Shown in pieces: positions 21,301 to 32,100 of a stretch of DNA of 64,000 nucleotides. The stretch is taken from positions 50,923 to 114,922 of the IMG/VR virus record IMGVR_UViG_3300027797_000001. The stretch is one strand, 5' to 3'. The translations under genes were made by a program, and so were the position numbers. The first letter of the stretch is position 1. The number at the start of each line of letters is the position of its first letter. Source of the DNA: a virus. The notes under the pieces were generated by a model. That model searched no databases, had not been told where the DNA came from, and was given only the letters and a program-made list of their open reading frames with translations.

Positions 21301-24300
21301 ATAGAAACTTTGAGTGGATGAGAAATCTTTGGCTTAGTAGGCAAAACTATTACAAAGAAGTAATAGATAAGTCTATTAAGATGAAAGAAAATAATGATGC
21401 ATTAAGAGAATTAGCTAATCTAAATATATATGTTGATCTTGATCAATTTGCAGATTGGACAGAAAATCCAAATGCATTACCAGAATATTTTATTGATGCC
21501 AGTCAAGGGTCAGAAAGAATTATTCCAAAAGGTAGTGTGCTTTATGATAAGTATGTTAAAGTTCTTAATGATACAGCAAGAGCTCAAGAAACAAAAGCTG
21601 CTGGAGATCCAGTAGATATTAATGGTCAGCTTGATGAGGCTATAGAAGATTTAATGAATAAAAAATCTGTAGAAATTGATGAAGCAGATAAACAATTCAA
21701 AGAAGCAATTAAGGTTGAGACTACATTTACATATGACGAACTCTTACAACAAGAAGAAGACTTAAGAAAATCACAAGAGGCTGTAGTACTTACTGAAACA
21801 CAAAAGAAAGTAATTGATGCTGATATAAGTAAACTGTTTGAAAATATGCCAGCAGATGATCCTGCTGCTATATTACAACAACTTAGAAATTTTGTTAATA
21901 GAGGTGTTATTCCTGAAGAGTTTTTAAATGATGATAAAATAGTTGAGTTTAGAGATGAGTTCTTAGTTAGTCCTTCTGATGACAACATGCTTGGATTATC
22001 AGAGAAAAGAATGAAAGAAATCAAAGCTGAAGCTATTGAGTTATATAGATCTTTTCCAGAAACCTATGATGATACACAAAGAAGAGATGCAGCTGGTAGA
22101 TACATGGCAGTTTTTGAATTAATAAACAACTACTTAAATTCTACAGAAGTAATTAGTTCGAAAGAAAAACAAGAGAAAGCTAAAGAAAAAGTAGATAGCA
22201 ATATCATTAATACTACTCAAGCATATGCAGATTATCAAATTACACTTAAAGATATAGATGAGAGATATGCTGGATTATTGCAAGAGTTAAAAGATCTCTT
22301 TATTAAAAGAGGTGCATCAACTACACCTACAGAAAAAGAAATATCTACAAAATCATCATGGGCTGATATACAAAAATCTGCACCAGCGTTATACAAAACT
22401 TTGTTAGAGCAATTTAATAAAGAAGTTGTTGAAGGTATGGGTATTAATGAATCTGATGAAAACTTTGAAGGAGTTAAGAATAACTGGTTAGAACAACAAG
22501 GTGAAACAATCAACAGATATAATGTTGAAAAAGAATCTGAAAAAATTATTAAACAACAAGAGGCTAAACAATTTAAAGTACCGACATTAAAGTATTTTAA
22601 ATTACCAGCACGTATTGCAAATATAACTCCTTCATCAAGGATTAAACCATATCAAGATGTTATTTCTGCATTGAAGTTAATGTTACAAACAAAAATTGCT
22701 GTTGATTTAAAAACACAAAAACAAATAAAGCTAACAAATGAAGATTTAACAAATATTAAAAGTGATATTGTAGAATTAGAAAGATTAGTAAACTGGTTAA
22801 GTGAAAATGGAGTTGTAGAAAATGAAACTTTATTTGATGTTACGGATAATATCTTTACTGAAAAAGTAAAAAATAGAGCTGGTGAAATAGAAGAAGTAAG
22901 GGATGAGAATGGTGTACTAATTGAAAGAAGAATAGATGGTGCTCCTGCAAGAAGGGTAACTAAAGAAGCTGAGAAATTAGATATAGAAAGTACACCTGGA
23001 AAAGAAAGTTTTGTTTATGAACCTTTAAAAACAAAAACAAAGACTAAATATGATGCAGAAGGTAATGTTACTGAAGTATATGATGTACCATCACCAATCA
23101 TGTCTGCATATGATGCTATTATAGAAAGTGATGACATTGCTGATAACAAAAAGTTAGATGCTTTCTTAAAGTCATTTACTCAATGGGTGATGGCATCCGG
23201 TCTAGTATTTAAAGATAAGACAGGTAAAAAAATAAACAAAGAGAAATATGATCTATTAAAAGAATCTTTAGAACAAGATTTCTCTAGAGAGAATGTTTAC
23301 AATACTGTTGGAAGTCTAGCATTTAAACACTCATCAGATGCTGGTAATATAATTGATGATTTAATAAAAGATTTTTTAACTAGAGAAGGTACATCATTTA
23401 AAGAAATAACCAAACCTGAAAAAATGTCTAAAAAAGCATTTGATAATTTGTTTGGTAAGAATGGTGTAATTAGAAAATTTAGAGATGGTATAATTGATGG
23501 TGATTATATTATTGTTGGTGCTGGAGATTTAGTATTTGATAAAACTCTTTTTGAAAATGGTATAGTAGGTGAGACAGATTTAGTAGCTATAAATACTAGA
23601 GGTGAGTTACAAATTATTGATATTAAAGCTCTTGGTTCTGGAAGTTGGGCTATATTTAATTCTGATTTGGAATTAAATAAAAAAATTAACGCTCTTAAAA
23701 AACAGGGGTTAACAGATCAAGAAATTGAAAAAGATTCTGATGTTGCTCTAATAAAACGAAACTTATTAAAAAGTAAAAAGCAATATTATAGAATTCAACA
23801 ATCTATTTATAGAAACTTAATCTGGAGAATGACGGGGATTAAACCTACAAGAATTGGTTTAATGGCCTTAGAGGTAGATGTAGATACTGAAGGCAATATT
23901 AATAATGCAAACATTTCAAATATAGTTCCTAAAGGAGAAAGCACACTTGAACTAGAATACTTCCCTGGTGTTGAATCAATTGTTCCAGAACCTGAAGTTA
24001 CAAGTCAACCTACAAAAGGTCTTGTTTCTGAAATAACAGAAGAAGAATTTAATGATTTTGTTAACAACGGTGTTGTTTCAGAAGATAGACTTAATTCTAT
24101 TGCTAATAAGATTAAAAATAATCAATCATTAACAACTCAAGAAACTGCAATATTCAATGATAAAACTTCTGAAGTAAATGCAAAAATTCAAGAAATATTT
24201 ACTTTAGAAGATAATCCAGAAAGATCTAACGTTGTAGCTGATAATGTAAATCAACAAATCATTTATAATGGTAGGGTTGGAACACTTAGACTTGTAGGTA

Positions 24301-26102
24301 ATGTTTACACTATATTTTATAGTGATGGCACTGGTGGACAGTTATTATATAAGCAAAATGCATTAACTGATGGAAGTGTAAAACTAGATGAGATAGGTGC
24401 TATTCTTCCAACAATAATTACAAATGTTGGACAAGTTAAAATTATTAATGGTAAAAAAATAGATGCTGAAATAATCAGTGAGTCTAGAGTTAGGATTAAT
24501 CGTGTATTCTATAGAATAAACAAAAACAAACTTGGTGCAGTATCTTCTATGTCATATCAATCTAATGATGCAGAAATAAATGAACTAGAAGACGAGATCA
24601 AAATTTATAAATCTGAAATACAAAGATTACAAAAGGAGAATGCTCAATTGTTATCTAAAACAAAATCAGATAGTTACAAAAGTCAAATTGCAAAGTTAAC
24701 TACGCAAATAGAAACTGCGCAAGAAGAAGCTAAAGTAACAGAGTCTCTTTCTGAAAGAGCTAGATTAGAAAGTGAATTATATGATTTAAATAATCAACAG
24801 AATTCAAACATCAGAACCATTGCTGATTATAACACAGAAATTGAATTAGTAAATAGTAGGATAGAAGATCTTAAACAATCTAATGAATCTGTTAAAATTA
24901 CCAGTGGTAATTTAAATGATCTTATTGCCGCATTAAATCTTCTACCCGGAAGCTTTAAGTTCTATGCAGGTAAGACAGCTCAAGATCAGAAAAAAGATTT
25001 AGCTTCTATACAGGGTAAATCAGTTACCCCAAATCTTAGTCAAAAGATAACTGAGATTATGGAGAAAGATTTCCCTAATGCATATAATAAACTTATTGAC
25101 TCTGGTGTAACTGCAATATCATCTGAAGAACTTAATACTATAAAAGATTGGACAAATAAAACAATTGAAGAGTTATCTGCTTTAGGTACTGCAGAAGCAA
25201 TTGCTAATAATCTTACTGATGAATTAGATAATCAGATCAATGTTTTACAAGGAATGTTAAATGACTTAGAATTAATTAAATTAAATAAAGATGGAAGCAT
25301 CAGTAAAAAACCGCAAACAGCAGCAAGCAAAGTCTTTGGACCTAAAAAAATATCAGACGGGACTGGTATATCTTCGCCTGTCAAGCCTACCAGTGAACAA
25401 ACAGAAGGAATTTCTGTCGGAGAAGGAACAAAACCAAGACAAGGAACAGTAGATGAAGCTAAAAAATCTTTAGAGGAATCATTAGCTATATCTGCTAGTT
25501 TATCAGGAATCAATGTATCAATGCAAATTAAGTCAACTAAGCAAGCTGACAAGTTAATTGATAAAATGAGAAATGCTAATACAGAACAAGAGCTTAATGA
25601 TGCATACTTTGAAGCATTAAATTATCTAAGTAATAATCCTGGAAAAATTGATCCAAACATTATTGCTAATACATTTACTGCAGTAACAGAAGAGAAAAAC
25701 TTTAATGATGAGAATCCAACTCCTACTTACGAATCTATTAAGAAAGGAACATATTTGATGCCTAAAACACCTATGTTTAAAAATGAAAATCCAAGTCCGG
25801 TAGAAATTGTTAGAAAAGGACCTAAAGCTATTGTTATAAAAGACATTAATACTAATGAGTCTATGAATATAAAACCAGAAGATTTGTCTAAATTTGTAAC
25901 TATGACAGAAGAAGGATTAAAGCAATTGGGTGGAGTGGAACTTACTCAAGAAGACATTAGAGAAATAGAAGAAAATGCACAAGTAATTGCAGATACTCTT
26001 GAGAATACAGCTGAGTTAAACAAAGCTGCAGATGAAGTTAAAAATGCTGAGACAAAGGGTAGCTTCAGAGATAGATTGAAAAATAAAAATTGTAATATTT
26101 AG
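18387..26102 (+). CDS. Giant virion ejection protein with Gly/Ala-rich hydrophobic segment, coiled coils and a PD-(D/E)XK nuclease-like domain
   Basis: 2571 aa. GAIEGAIVGSIEPGAGTAAGGVIGGAIGGAVG at about 19130-19230. GETDLVAIN...IIDIK...YRIQQSIY at about 23560-23810. First of three giant genes, as in crAss-like phages. Confidence 0.75.
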   Translation: MDMAENENLDVTGRAEFLRKGTTELNDFLPFGGEQINTQNNLFAQNPQRPPIQIESPNSDPQKPTIQKDYIQDNGPGIMPYSSNQLANTSQQRTQARLKKLQNAAYSLEDNSQYSKPFMYDSTATGAHKAKYKGYGQRTYDRIGFSPLVNNEEIFINNTSIADDFIRTATNSFFPMVGQGLIANPKSYAQLFQGNIGQDYDQSEDYEEYSNIGYSSRGGPLAFINNVFNSLGYSAGVMFEAGAEMALEGAIEGAIVGSIEPGAGTAAGGVIGGAIGGAVGVARGLFALPKSLFNMGKYGGKMLSSLKNAEKFTEAKNLFNTAVKSTANFVNPVNNTLTAYKEYDNLTGLARASRTAGGFFRDVIGMNAALSEGRLEGGFVENKTYERSYDEFWKKFNRAPDDKEQLELRKRSKIAGFQDTWKNGMLVFYSNKLAFPNLFGNKLFSKMSRTVGEIGNEFDLVYQAGKKGIQEGSYELVDYNIKNALKGFIKPANFGKASLMYFKTNLVEGTQEVLQDVLADATEEYYVNSYFDPTKANFDYSMSTLGNAFGHQVSEQGFETFMSGFVMGAFLKPVSGVPRFATIQYNKMKMTPEEYKTYTNDRKTYGEQVKNAMNKMHKNPVDFLNDRMVNYGNQSIISKKLADDETDEKEMWDGVNASFLSDVITTLRAGTFKVWLSNFEKYNQMSDKDLEDTLSLKGGEGQKMRETMSNYVSKAKKIQARYDEGQNTFGKRMIPLTNLKEGSPEYEKAQIYNKALERGLYNLTFLGETFDLNLERINAMTQKLGSLDAIKNLPGADFQTLLDHERLTNNIKILQTEIETLKQTGDQAAVTQAEKKERLLTKLQKFQDTQIDYLTLKKATESLELLKREAKAAGKKANIEDLEVAKEIIDYYKKNGKNPKKDHKKAFEELLKDLSGSDVNFMKMMRQLKANDGMRDLFTKLTDIYDLTLENKNIVPYVTTLTDPDGFYEHVNRNFEWMRNLWLSRQNYYKEVIDKSIKMKENNDALRELANLNIYVDLDQFADWTENPNALPEYFIDASQGSERIIPKGSVLYDKYVKVLNDTARAQETKAAGDPVDINGQLDEAIEDLMNKKSVEIDEADKQFKEAIKVETTFTYDELLQQEEDLRKSQEAVVLTETQKKVIDADISKLFENMPADDPAAILQQLRNFVNRGVIPEEFLNDDKIVEFRDEFLVSPSDDNMLGLSEKRMKEIKAEAIELYRSFPETYDDTQRRDAAGRYMAVFELINNYLNSTEVISSKEKQEKAKEKVDSNIINTTQAYADYQITLKDIDERYAGLLQELKDLFIKRGASTTPTEKEISTKSSWADIQKSAPALYKTLLEQFNKEVVEGMGINESDENFEGVKNNWLEQQGETINRYNVEKESEKIIKQQEAKQFKVPTLKYFKLPARIANITPSSRIKPYQDVISALKLMLQTKIAVDLKTQKQIKLTNEDLTNIKSDIVELERLVNWLSENGVVENETLFDVTDNIFTEKVKNRAGEIEEVRDENGVLIERRIDGAPARRVTKEAEKLDIESTPGKESFVYEPLKTKTKTKYDAEGNVTEVYDVPSPIMSAYDAIIESDDIADNKKLDAFLKSFTQWVMASGLVFKDKTGKKINKEKYDLLKESLEQDFSRENVYNTVGSLAFKHSSDAGNIIDDLIKDFLTREGTSFKEITKPEKMSKKAFDNLFGKNGVIRKFRDGIIDGDYIIVGAGDLVFDKTLFENGIVGETDLVAINTRGELQIIDIKALGSGSWAIFNSDLELNKKINALKKQGLTDQEIEKDSDVALIKRNLLKSKKQYYRIQQSIYRNLIWRMTGIKPTRIGLMALEVDVDTEGNINNANISNIVPKGESTLELEYFPGVESIVPEPEVTSQPTKGLVSEITEEEFNDFVNNGVVSEDRLNSIANKIKNNQSLTTQETAIFNDKTSEVNAKIQEIFTLEDNPERSNVVADNVNQQIIYNGRVGTLRLVGNVYTIFYSDGTGGQLLYKQNALTDGSVKLDEIGAILPTIITNVGQVKIINGKKIDAEIISESRVRINRVFYRINKNKLGAVSSMSYQSNDAEINELEDEIKIYKSEIQRLQKENAQLLSKTKSDSYKSQIAKLTTQIETAQEEAKVTESLSERARLESELYDLNNQQNSNIRTIADYNTEIELVNSRIEDLKQSNESVKITSGNLNDLIAALNLLPGSFKFYAGKTAQDQKKDLASIQGKSVTPNLSQKITEIMEKDFPNAYNKLIDSGVTAISSEELNTIKDWTNKTIEELSALGTAEAIANNLTDELDNQINVLQGMLNDLELIKLNKDGSISKKPQTAASKVFGPKKISDGTGISSPVKPTSEQTEGISVGEGTKPRQGTVDEAKKSLEESLAISASLSGINVSMQIKSTKQADKLIDKMRNANTEQELNDAYFEALNYLSNNPGKIDPNIIANTFTAVTEEKNFNDENPTPTYESIKKGTYLMPKTPMFKNENPSPVEIVRKGPKAIVIKDINTNESMNIKPEDLSKFVTMTEEGLKQLGGVELTQEDIREIEENAQVIADTLENTAELNKAADEVKNAETKGSFRDRLKNKNCNI

Positions 26103-26105
26103 GAA

Positions 26106-29100
26106 ATGGCTTGTTTATTAAATGAGAAAGATGTACTAGACATCTATAGTGATATATATGAGAATTTTTTAGAAGTACTTGATTCTAAATCTAAGACACC
26201 ATTTAGTCCTATAGATTATATTAAGACAATGCATTCTGACATTGCAGAGAATAATGATCCAAAGTTTGCATTAGAAGTAGTTCAGGCAATCCCACAAATC
26301 ATGTTGCAAGTAATTGCAACTAGAGGAGATGTTAGAAAATATATTGCTCTTAATAATATTGATACTAATTCTTTAATTAAGTTATCTGTAGACTTTGAGA
26401 AAATTGAAAATGTAAAAAAGTTTATAGCAGGTAAGATGCCATCTTTGTCTGATGTTAAATCTAAGATAGCTACAAAGAATAAATCTGATAAAGAAGTTAA
26501 ATTAAAAAATCCAGAAGATACATCTGAAAATAGTGATAATAAAGTATCTAATACAAAAATAGAAGATCCTTTAACATCTACATTTCAATATGCAAAAGCA
26601 GTTAATCCTGACACAGCTACAGAAGAAGAGTTAGAGCAAAGAGATCCTGAAAAAAATACCACACACTCTGTAGTAAAACAAATCATTGGTCTATTTGATA
26701 ATAGACCTGCAAATAGTGATGAAGTTATCTATCAAGGTACATCAGTTGCTTTAAGACCTATGATGCTTAACATGGTTCCTAAAGAACAATTGTTTAGTGA
26801 TGATGCAAAATTTTTAGAAGAAAATCCAGAATATAATGGGATAGTAGTTATTATCTCAGATGTTGATGGTAATATTTTAAACTTTGATGAAGATGGTAAC
26901 TTAGTTGATGATGGTAAAATTGCATATCAGTATTTAAGAGATTTAGAATTAAAAAATTCAAAGATCTCTTTAATGAATAGATCAGGATATAAGTATGAAC
27001 TAGTAAGTGCAGAACAAACTTTAAAAGCTGAAGACAAAAAAGAAAAAGAAAGGAATGGTCTTGGAATGTCTCAGAAACAAAAAGAAAATAGACTCATAGA
27101 AATTGAAAATGAGCAAAAACAAAAAATGAATGATCTATATAGAATCAGACAGTTTGTTATGCGTAATCCAGAAGAGGTATTTACTTTAAAGATTATAGGT
27201 GGCTCATATGGTAATTTTAAAAATAAGTTTATACCACTTTCAGAAACTGGATTAAATTTAAATGAGATTACATTACCTATTGCTGCAGGTCCGCAAAAAG
27301 GTTATATAAAGGTTAGAATTAAAACTAAAGGTGCTGGTGGTTACATAGATCACTATGTCTTATTACAAAGAGGGGATGTAACTTCAGAGATAGCAGATAA
27401 GATAGCTACAATATTAACTACTGATGCTGTATATAGAGGAAAACCATTATCAGATCTTGCTAAATATACATATGCAAATGTATTTTTAGATAATGCTATT
27501 GAAAAAAATAACATTAGAATAGATCTAAAAAAAGTTAATGGATTTAATGAATTACAAGTTTCTATCAAAGGAGAGAAGGTTGATTTAGATTCACCAACAG
27601 CTTTTGATGAAATTAAAAATCATTTACTTAAAGCGGTAGAACTAGGGAGTAAAACATATCCTGCTAATTTAAATTACAATAAAGATTTAATTGGAGGATC
27701 TTTTACTGATTATATAATTAAAGATGGAAAAGTAAGCACTAGAAAACAAGATTACTTTGAGTTTATTAAACCTTATATGAAAATTGAGTTTAGTAAATTA
27801 TCTGGAGGCTTCTTTATGAATAGTAATTCATATCTACAATTTGCGGTTCCAGAAGAAATTTTACCACCTAGTAAAAGAAATTATAGTTTAGCATCAACTA
27901 CATCTACAACAAATAAAGTAAAAGAAGTAGAAACACAAGATGTTGAAGATGAAGAAAGTGTAGATGTAGAACCAGGTGAGGTAGTATACAATCTTAAAAA
28001 ACAAGTTGGGTACGCACTTGCTACAGAGAATGCACAGAATACTGATGTAACATTAAACATTGCTGTTAATTTTGAACAGGGAGAAGCTAAGATTGCAAAG
28101 AGAAGTGCAAAGAATCATGTTCCAGTTACACTTAATAAAAAAAGATCTACACAAAAAAGCTTTGGTAATTTAACTACCATAGCTGGAAATGTAATTAAAC
28201 AACTAAATAGATTCAAGTCAGATACATTAAATGTAGCAGGTAATGATATTGTTACATCTATATTTAATGGTTATACACAACAAGATCTTGATCAGTTTAT
28301 GAATCAGTTATTTGAAAGAATAGTTAATTCAGATAGCTTAATTACTCCAATTAAAAAGATTGTAACTACTGGTGAATCAGGAGTTCCTGAATCAGCAATT
28401 AAGGCAGCTAAGAAAAATGGAATTGGTGTTGAAATTACTGTACCTACAGGATGGACTTTCTTTGTCTATAGAAAAAATAGTGCAAATAAAAAATACAAAA
28501 TATCAAACCTTGAAGAATTTAAGGCAAGATTTGGGGATGCTAAAGTAAAGACAACAGCTAAAAGAAAAACTAGTAGTACTATTAATAAAACTAAAAGTAA
28601 ATTTACTAAGGCTAAAACAACTAGTAGAAAGACAACTCCTAAGAAGACTACTAAACAAGCAAATAAGAAAGTAGATACTCAATTAAATAAATCTGCAATA
28701 AGCACACAGTTTAGTTTATTATCTAGACTTGGTGAAAGAAGAGAGTTATTTAAAGGAGACAATGACGAACTTAATAGATTAGATACTTTAGAAAGAAAAG
28801 TGGGTAATTTCTTTGAGAGATTATTTACTACTAAAGCTCAGAGAGATTCTATTTATAAGTGGTGGGAAACTCATCCAATGTCTAAGCATGTTCCTTTAGA
28901 TATTATAACCGGGATTGTTAATTCTGATGCTTTTGCAACTTGGAGCCAACATGGTATTACTTTGCACTTAGCAAATAATGCTACCCCTATTGACTTATGG
29001 CATGAGGCATGGCATGGATTTACTCAGTTATACTTAACTCCTGAAGAAAAAACTAAACTCTATGATGAGATTAGAAAAACTCCAAAGTTTGAGAATGCTA

Positions 29101-32100
29101 CATACTTTGATATAGAAGAAGTATTAGCAGAAGATTATAGAAACTATTTGAGAGATAATACTTTATTTACAGGTTTTATCGGAACCATATATAAAAAGAT
29201 CAGAGATTTTTTAAGAACAATGTTTGGTAAAATTACCAGACAAGACATGACAAGACCTAGAGATATTGCCATTGTTAAAGAGTTATATGATAAACTATAT
29301 AGGGGTGATATACTTGATCTAGAACCAAGTATGGATAACATTATGTTTACTAAACTTAATAGATCTAGTAAAACGATTAACTTATTACAATCACAAGAAG
29401 AAAAGTATTCTCCATTTAGCCCTAAAGAAAGTGACCACATTCTTAAAATGTTTGATACTCTCGTAGCAGATAATATCAAATATTACAATTCCAAAAATAA
29501 TTCTAAGGCTGGTGTAGTTAGACTCTTTGCAGATAAAGATCTTAAAACAAAACTTTATTATTCAATAAAACAACAGTTTGCAGACATGGTCAGTGAGCTA
29601 ATGTCAGAATATAAAACATTAGCATTAGCAAATAGTGATGACCCAGCTATACCGGAACTACAAGCTAAAATAGATTTATTAATTAAAGCATTAGATAATT
29701 TTGGAAACATAGATGCTGCAATTAATGACAAGAATGTAGGTGGTGTAATAGGATATATTGTAAAGAAATCTAGATTTAATCAAATTCAAGAAGAAGTAAT
29801 TGAAGATCCCAATGATCTTGAAAACACACGTGTACTACAAGACTATAAGGGTAATGTAATTAATCCTAAGAACCTTGCATCTCCTACCACCTTAGCTCTT
29901 ATATCTACAACATTTAAAGTTGAGAAAACAGAGGACGGACAAGTTCTTCCTGTGTTAGATTATTTTGGACTTCCTCAACTAGAAAATCTTGATGATATAT
30001 GGAATAAATTAGCTAAAGTTTTAGCAGGTTCATTTGACTATACAGAGATGTATCAGAGATTGACAGACAGTCTTGAAAATTATCCTGAGTTTCAAGATAT
30101 ACTAGATTCATTAAGAAGTCCTTCTGATTATGATTTTAAAGATAAAACACAATGGAGGTTAGAAACTAACTTTTGGCAAGACTTTAAAAAGCCAAGAGTT
30201 CCTTTTTTACAATATAATATCAATAAGAATATTGTAAAGAAAAAACAATTAGATGAAGAAACTGGAAGAGAAATATCTCCTGAAGTTGCAAATTATGAAA
30301 GTGTAGTTACTAATGCAAGCTTTGCCATTAATTCTGTAATATCTGATTGGAAATTTAATTTCATTACTAGCACAAGAGATATTAATCCATACATAGATAT
30401 TCAAGATAATCAAGTCTTACTTGATACTGGTAAAATAATTCAAAAGTTTTCTGATAGAAATGGAATTTTTACAGATAGTAAATCAAGAGAATTTTTGGAA
30501 GCATTAGGTATCTATATGGATAGATCAAGTGCTGAGATAAATGCAATCTTTGCTGATCCTGTAAAAGTTTCAAATGCATTTTTCTTACCATTTATGTTTG
30601 ATGTAATTAAGCTTGTTGACAAAGCTTCTCAAACAACAGATGTTGGTAAAGTTGCAGCTGCTGAGAAATTTAAAAGTGATCCAGTTACATATTTGTTGAG
30701 AGGTTTAGGTGGTGCTGATACTAAAGCATTAGTAGAAAATGATGCTGCAAAGTATGATGTTGCTTCCAGGATCAAAGCTTTAGCTACTTTGCAAAATGCA
30801 TACTCTGATGGCTATTCTAATTTTAGTGTACTTACTCCAGAAGGTAATCGTGTTTGGGAGCAAGTAGTTGATAATACAATCACAAGAATTGTTACAGCTA
30901 TTAACAAAGCTGAAGATTGGCAACAACTTACTAATGCAGCATCAGATCCTGATAATATGTTCCAGCATATGCGTTGGTTAGGGAATGAAAATAATCCATA
31001 TAGTAAACACTCAAAACTTTTAAACTCCATATTTATATTGGATGTAGAGGAATCAGATCCATCATATGGTGCAAAGAGAACAAAGATAGAAGGTGGAAAT
31101 TCTGTTCCAATTCAATTAAAAATAAATAACATCGGTGGTACTCAGCTTATTGTAAACAATGAGAATGATGGTACAGGAGCTTCTACAGCTTCATTAGATG
31201 CAACTAGTAAGTTTTTACAAGAGATGCATACCATGTTATTAAATGGTATTGAAGAATTCATGAGGCACGCATCTAAAAATACTGCAATGTCTTTGAAGCC
31301 AGATGAAATAGAAACATATCCTGAAAAAACTGATAAACATTTATATGTAGATATTGATCTATTTAGTCCTAAATATCAAGGTCTTGGTGAGACAGAAGCA
31401 TTTGAAATTATTCTTGGTTATATTGCTGGAGAATTAGAAAGGGTAAATAGATATAAAAACAATGATGATTATAAACAATATAAAGGTTATAACAGAGAAG
31501 TTTATGATGACCGTGGTAAGGTTGTAGATGCTGGTTCTGTATTTACTGCATTTGATGATGTATTAAGTACCAAGGTAAAAGATGAACTATATAAAATAGA
31601 AGGAGATTTATTTGAAGCATTAGATAATAACCCGGATCTTAGACAAAGAATAGAGAATGATGTAACAGAATATTTCCAAAAAGAAACTGAAGCTAACTTA
31701 GAAAGATTAGAATCTGCAAGATATGTAGATGCAAATCTTTTTGATAAAACTTTAGATCCATCATTAACTCAAGCACAAAGAGATGAAATACTTGTTAAAG
31801 CCTACACGTATAATTCTTGGATACATAAATTTGAAACACTAATCTTAGCATACGGGGATCTTGTTCAATATGATCATAGTAAAGAAGAGTTCCATAAAAG
31901 AAATGCTGGATTAGGTTCAGGTGGTAGAGGATTTAGATCAGATGTACAAGCTATACAATACATAAACTCTTTAACAAATGTTTATGCTGACAAATATGGA
32001 TATACTCTTAGACCATATGATGGTACTCTGAGAACAGCCATAATGAAAGAAAAGAAAGTTAAAGAGTCTATTTACTATAAAGAATATCTTAAAGAACTTA

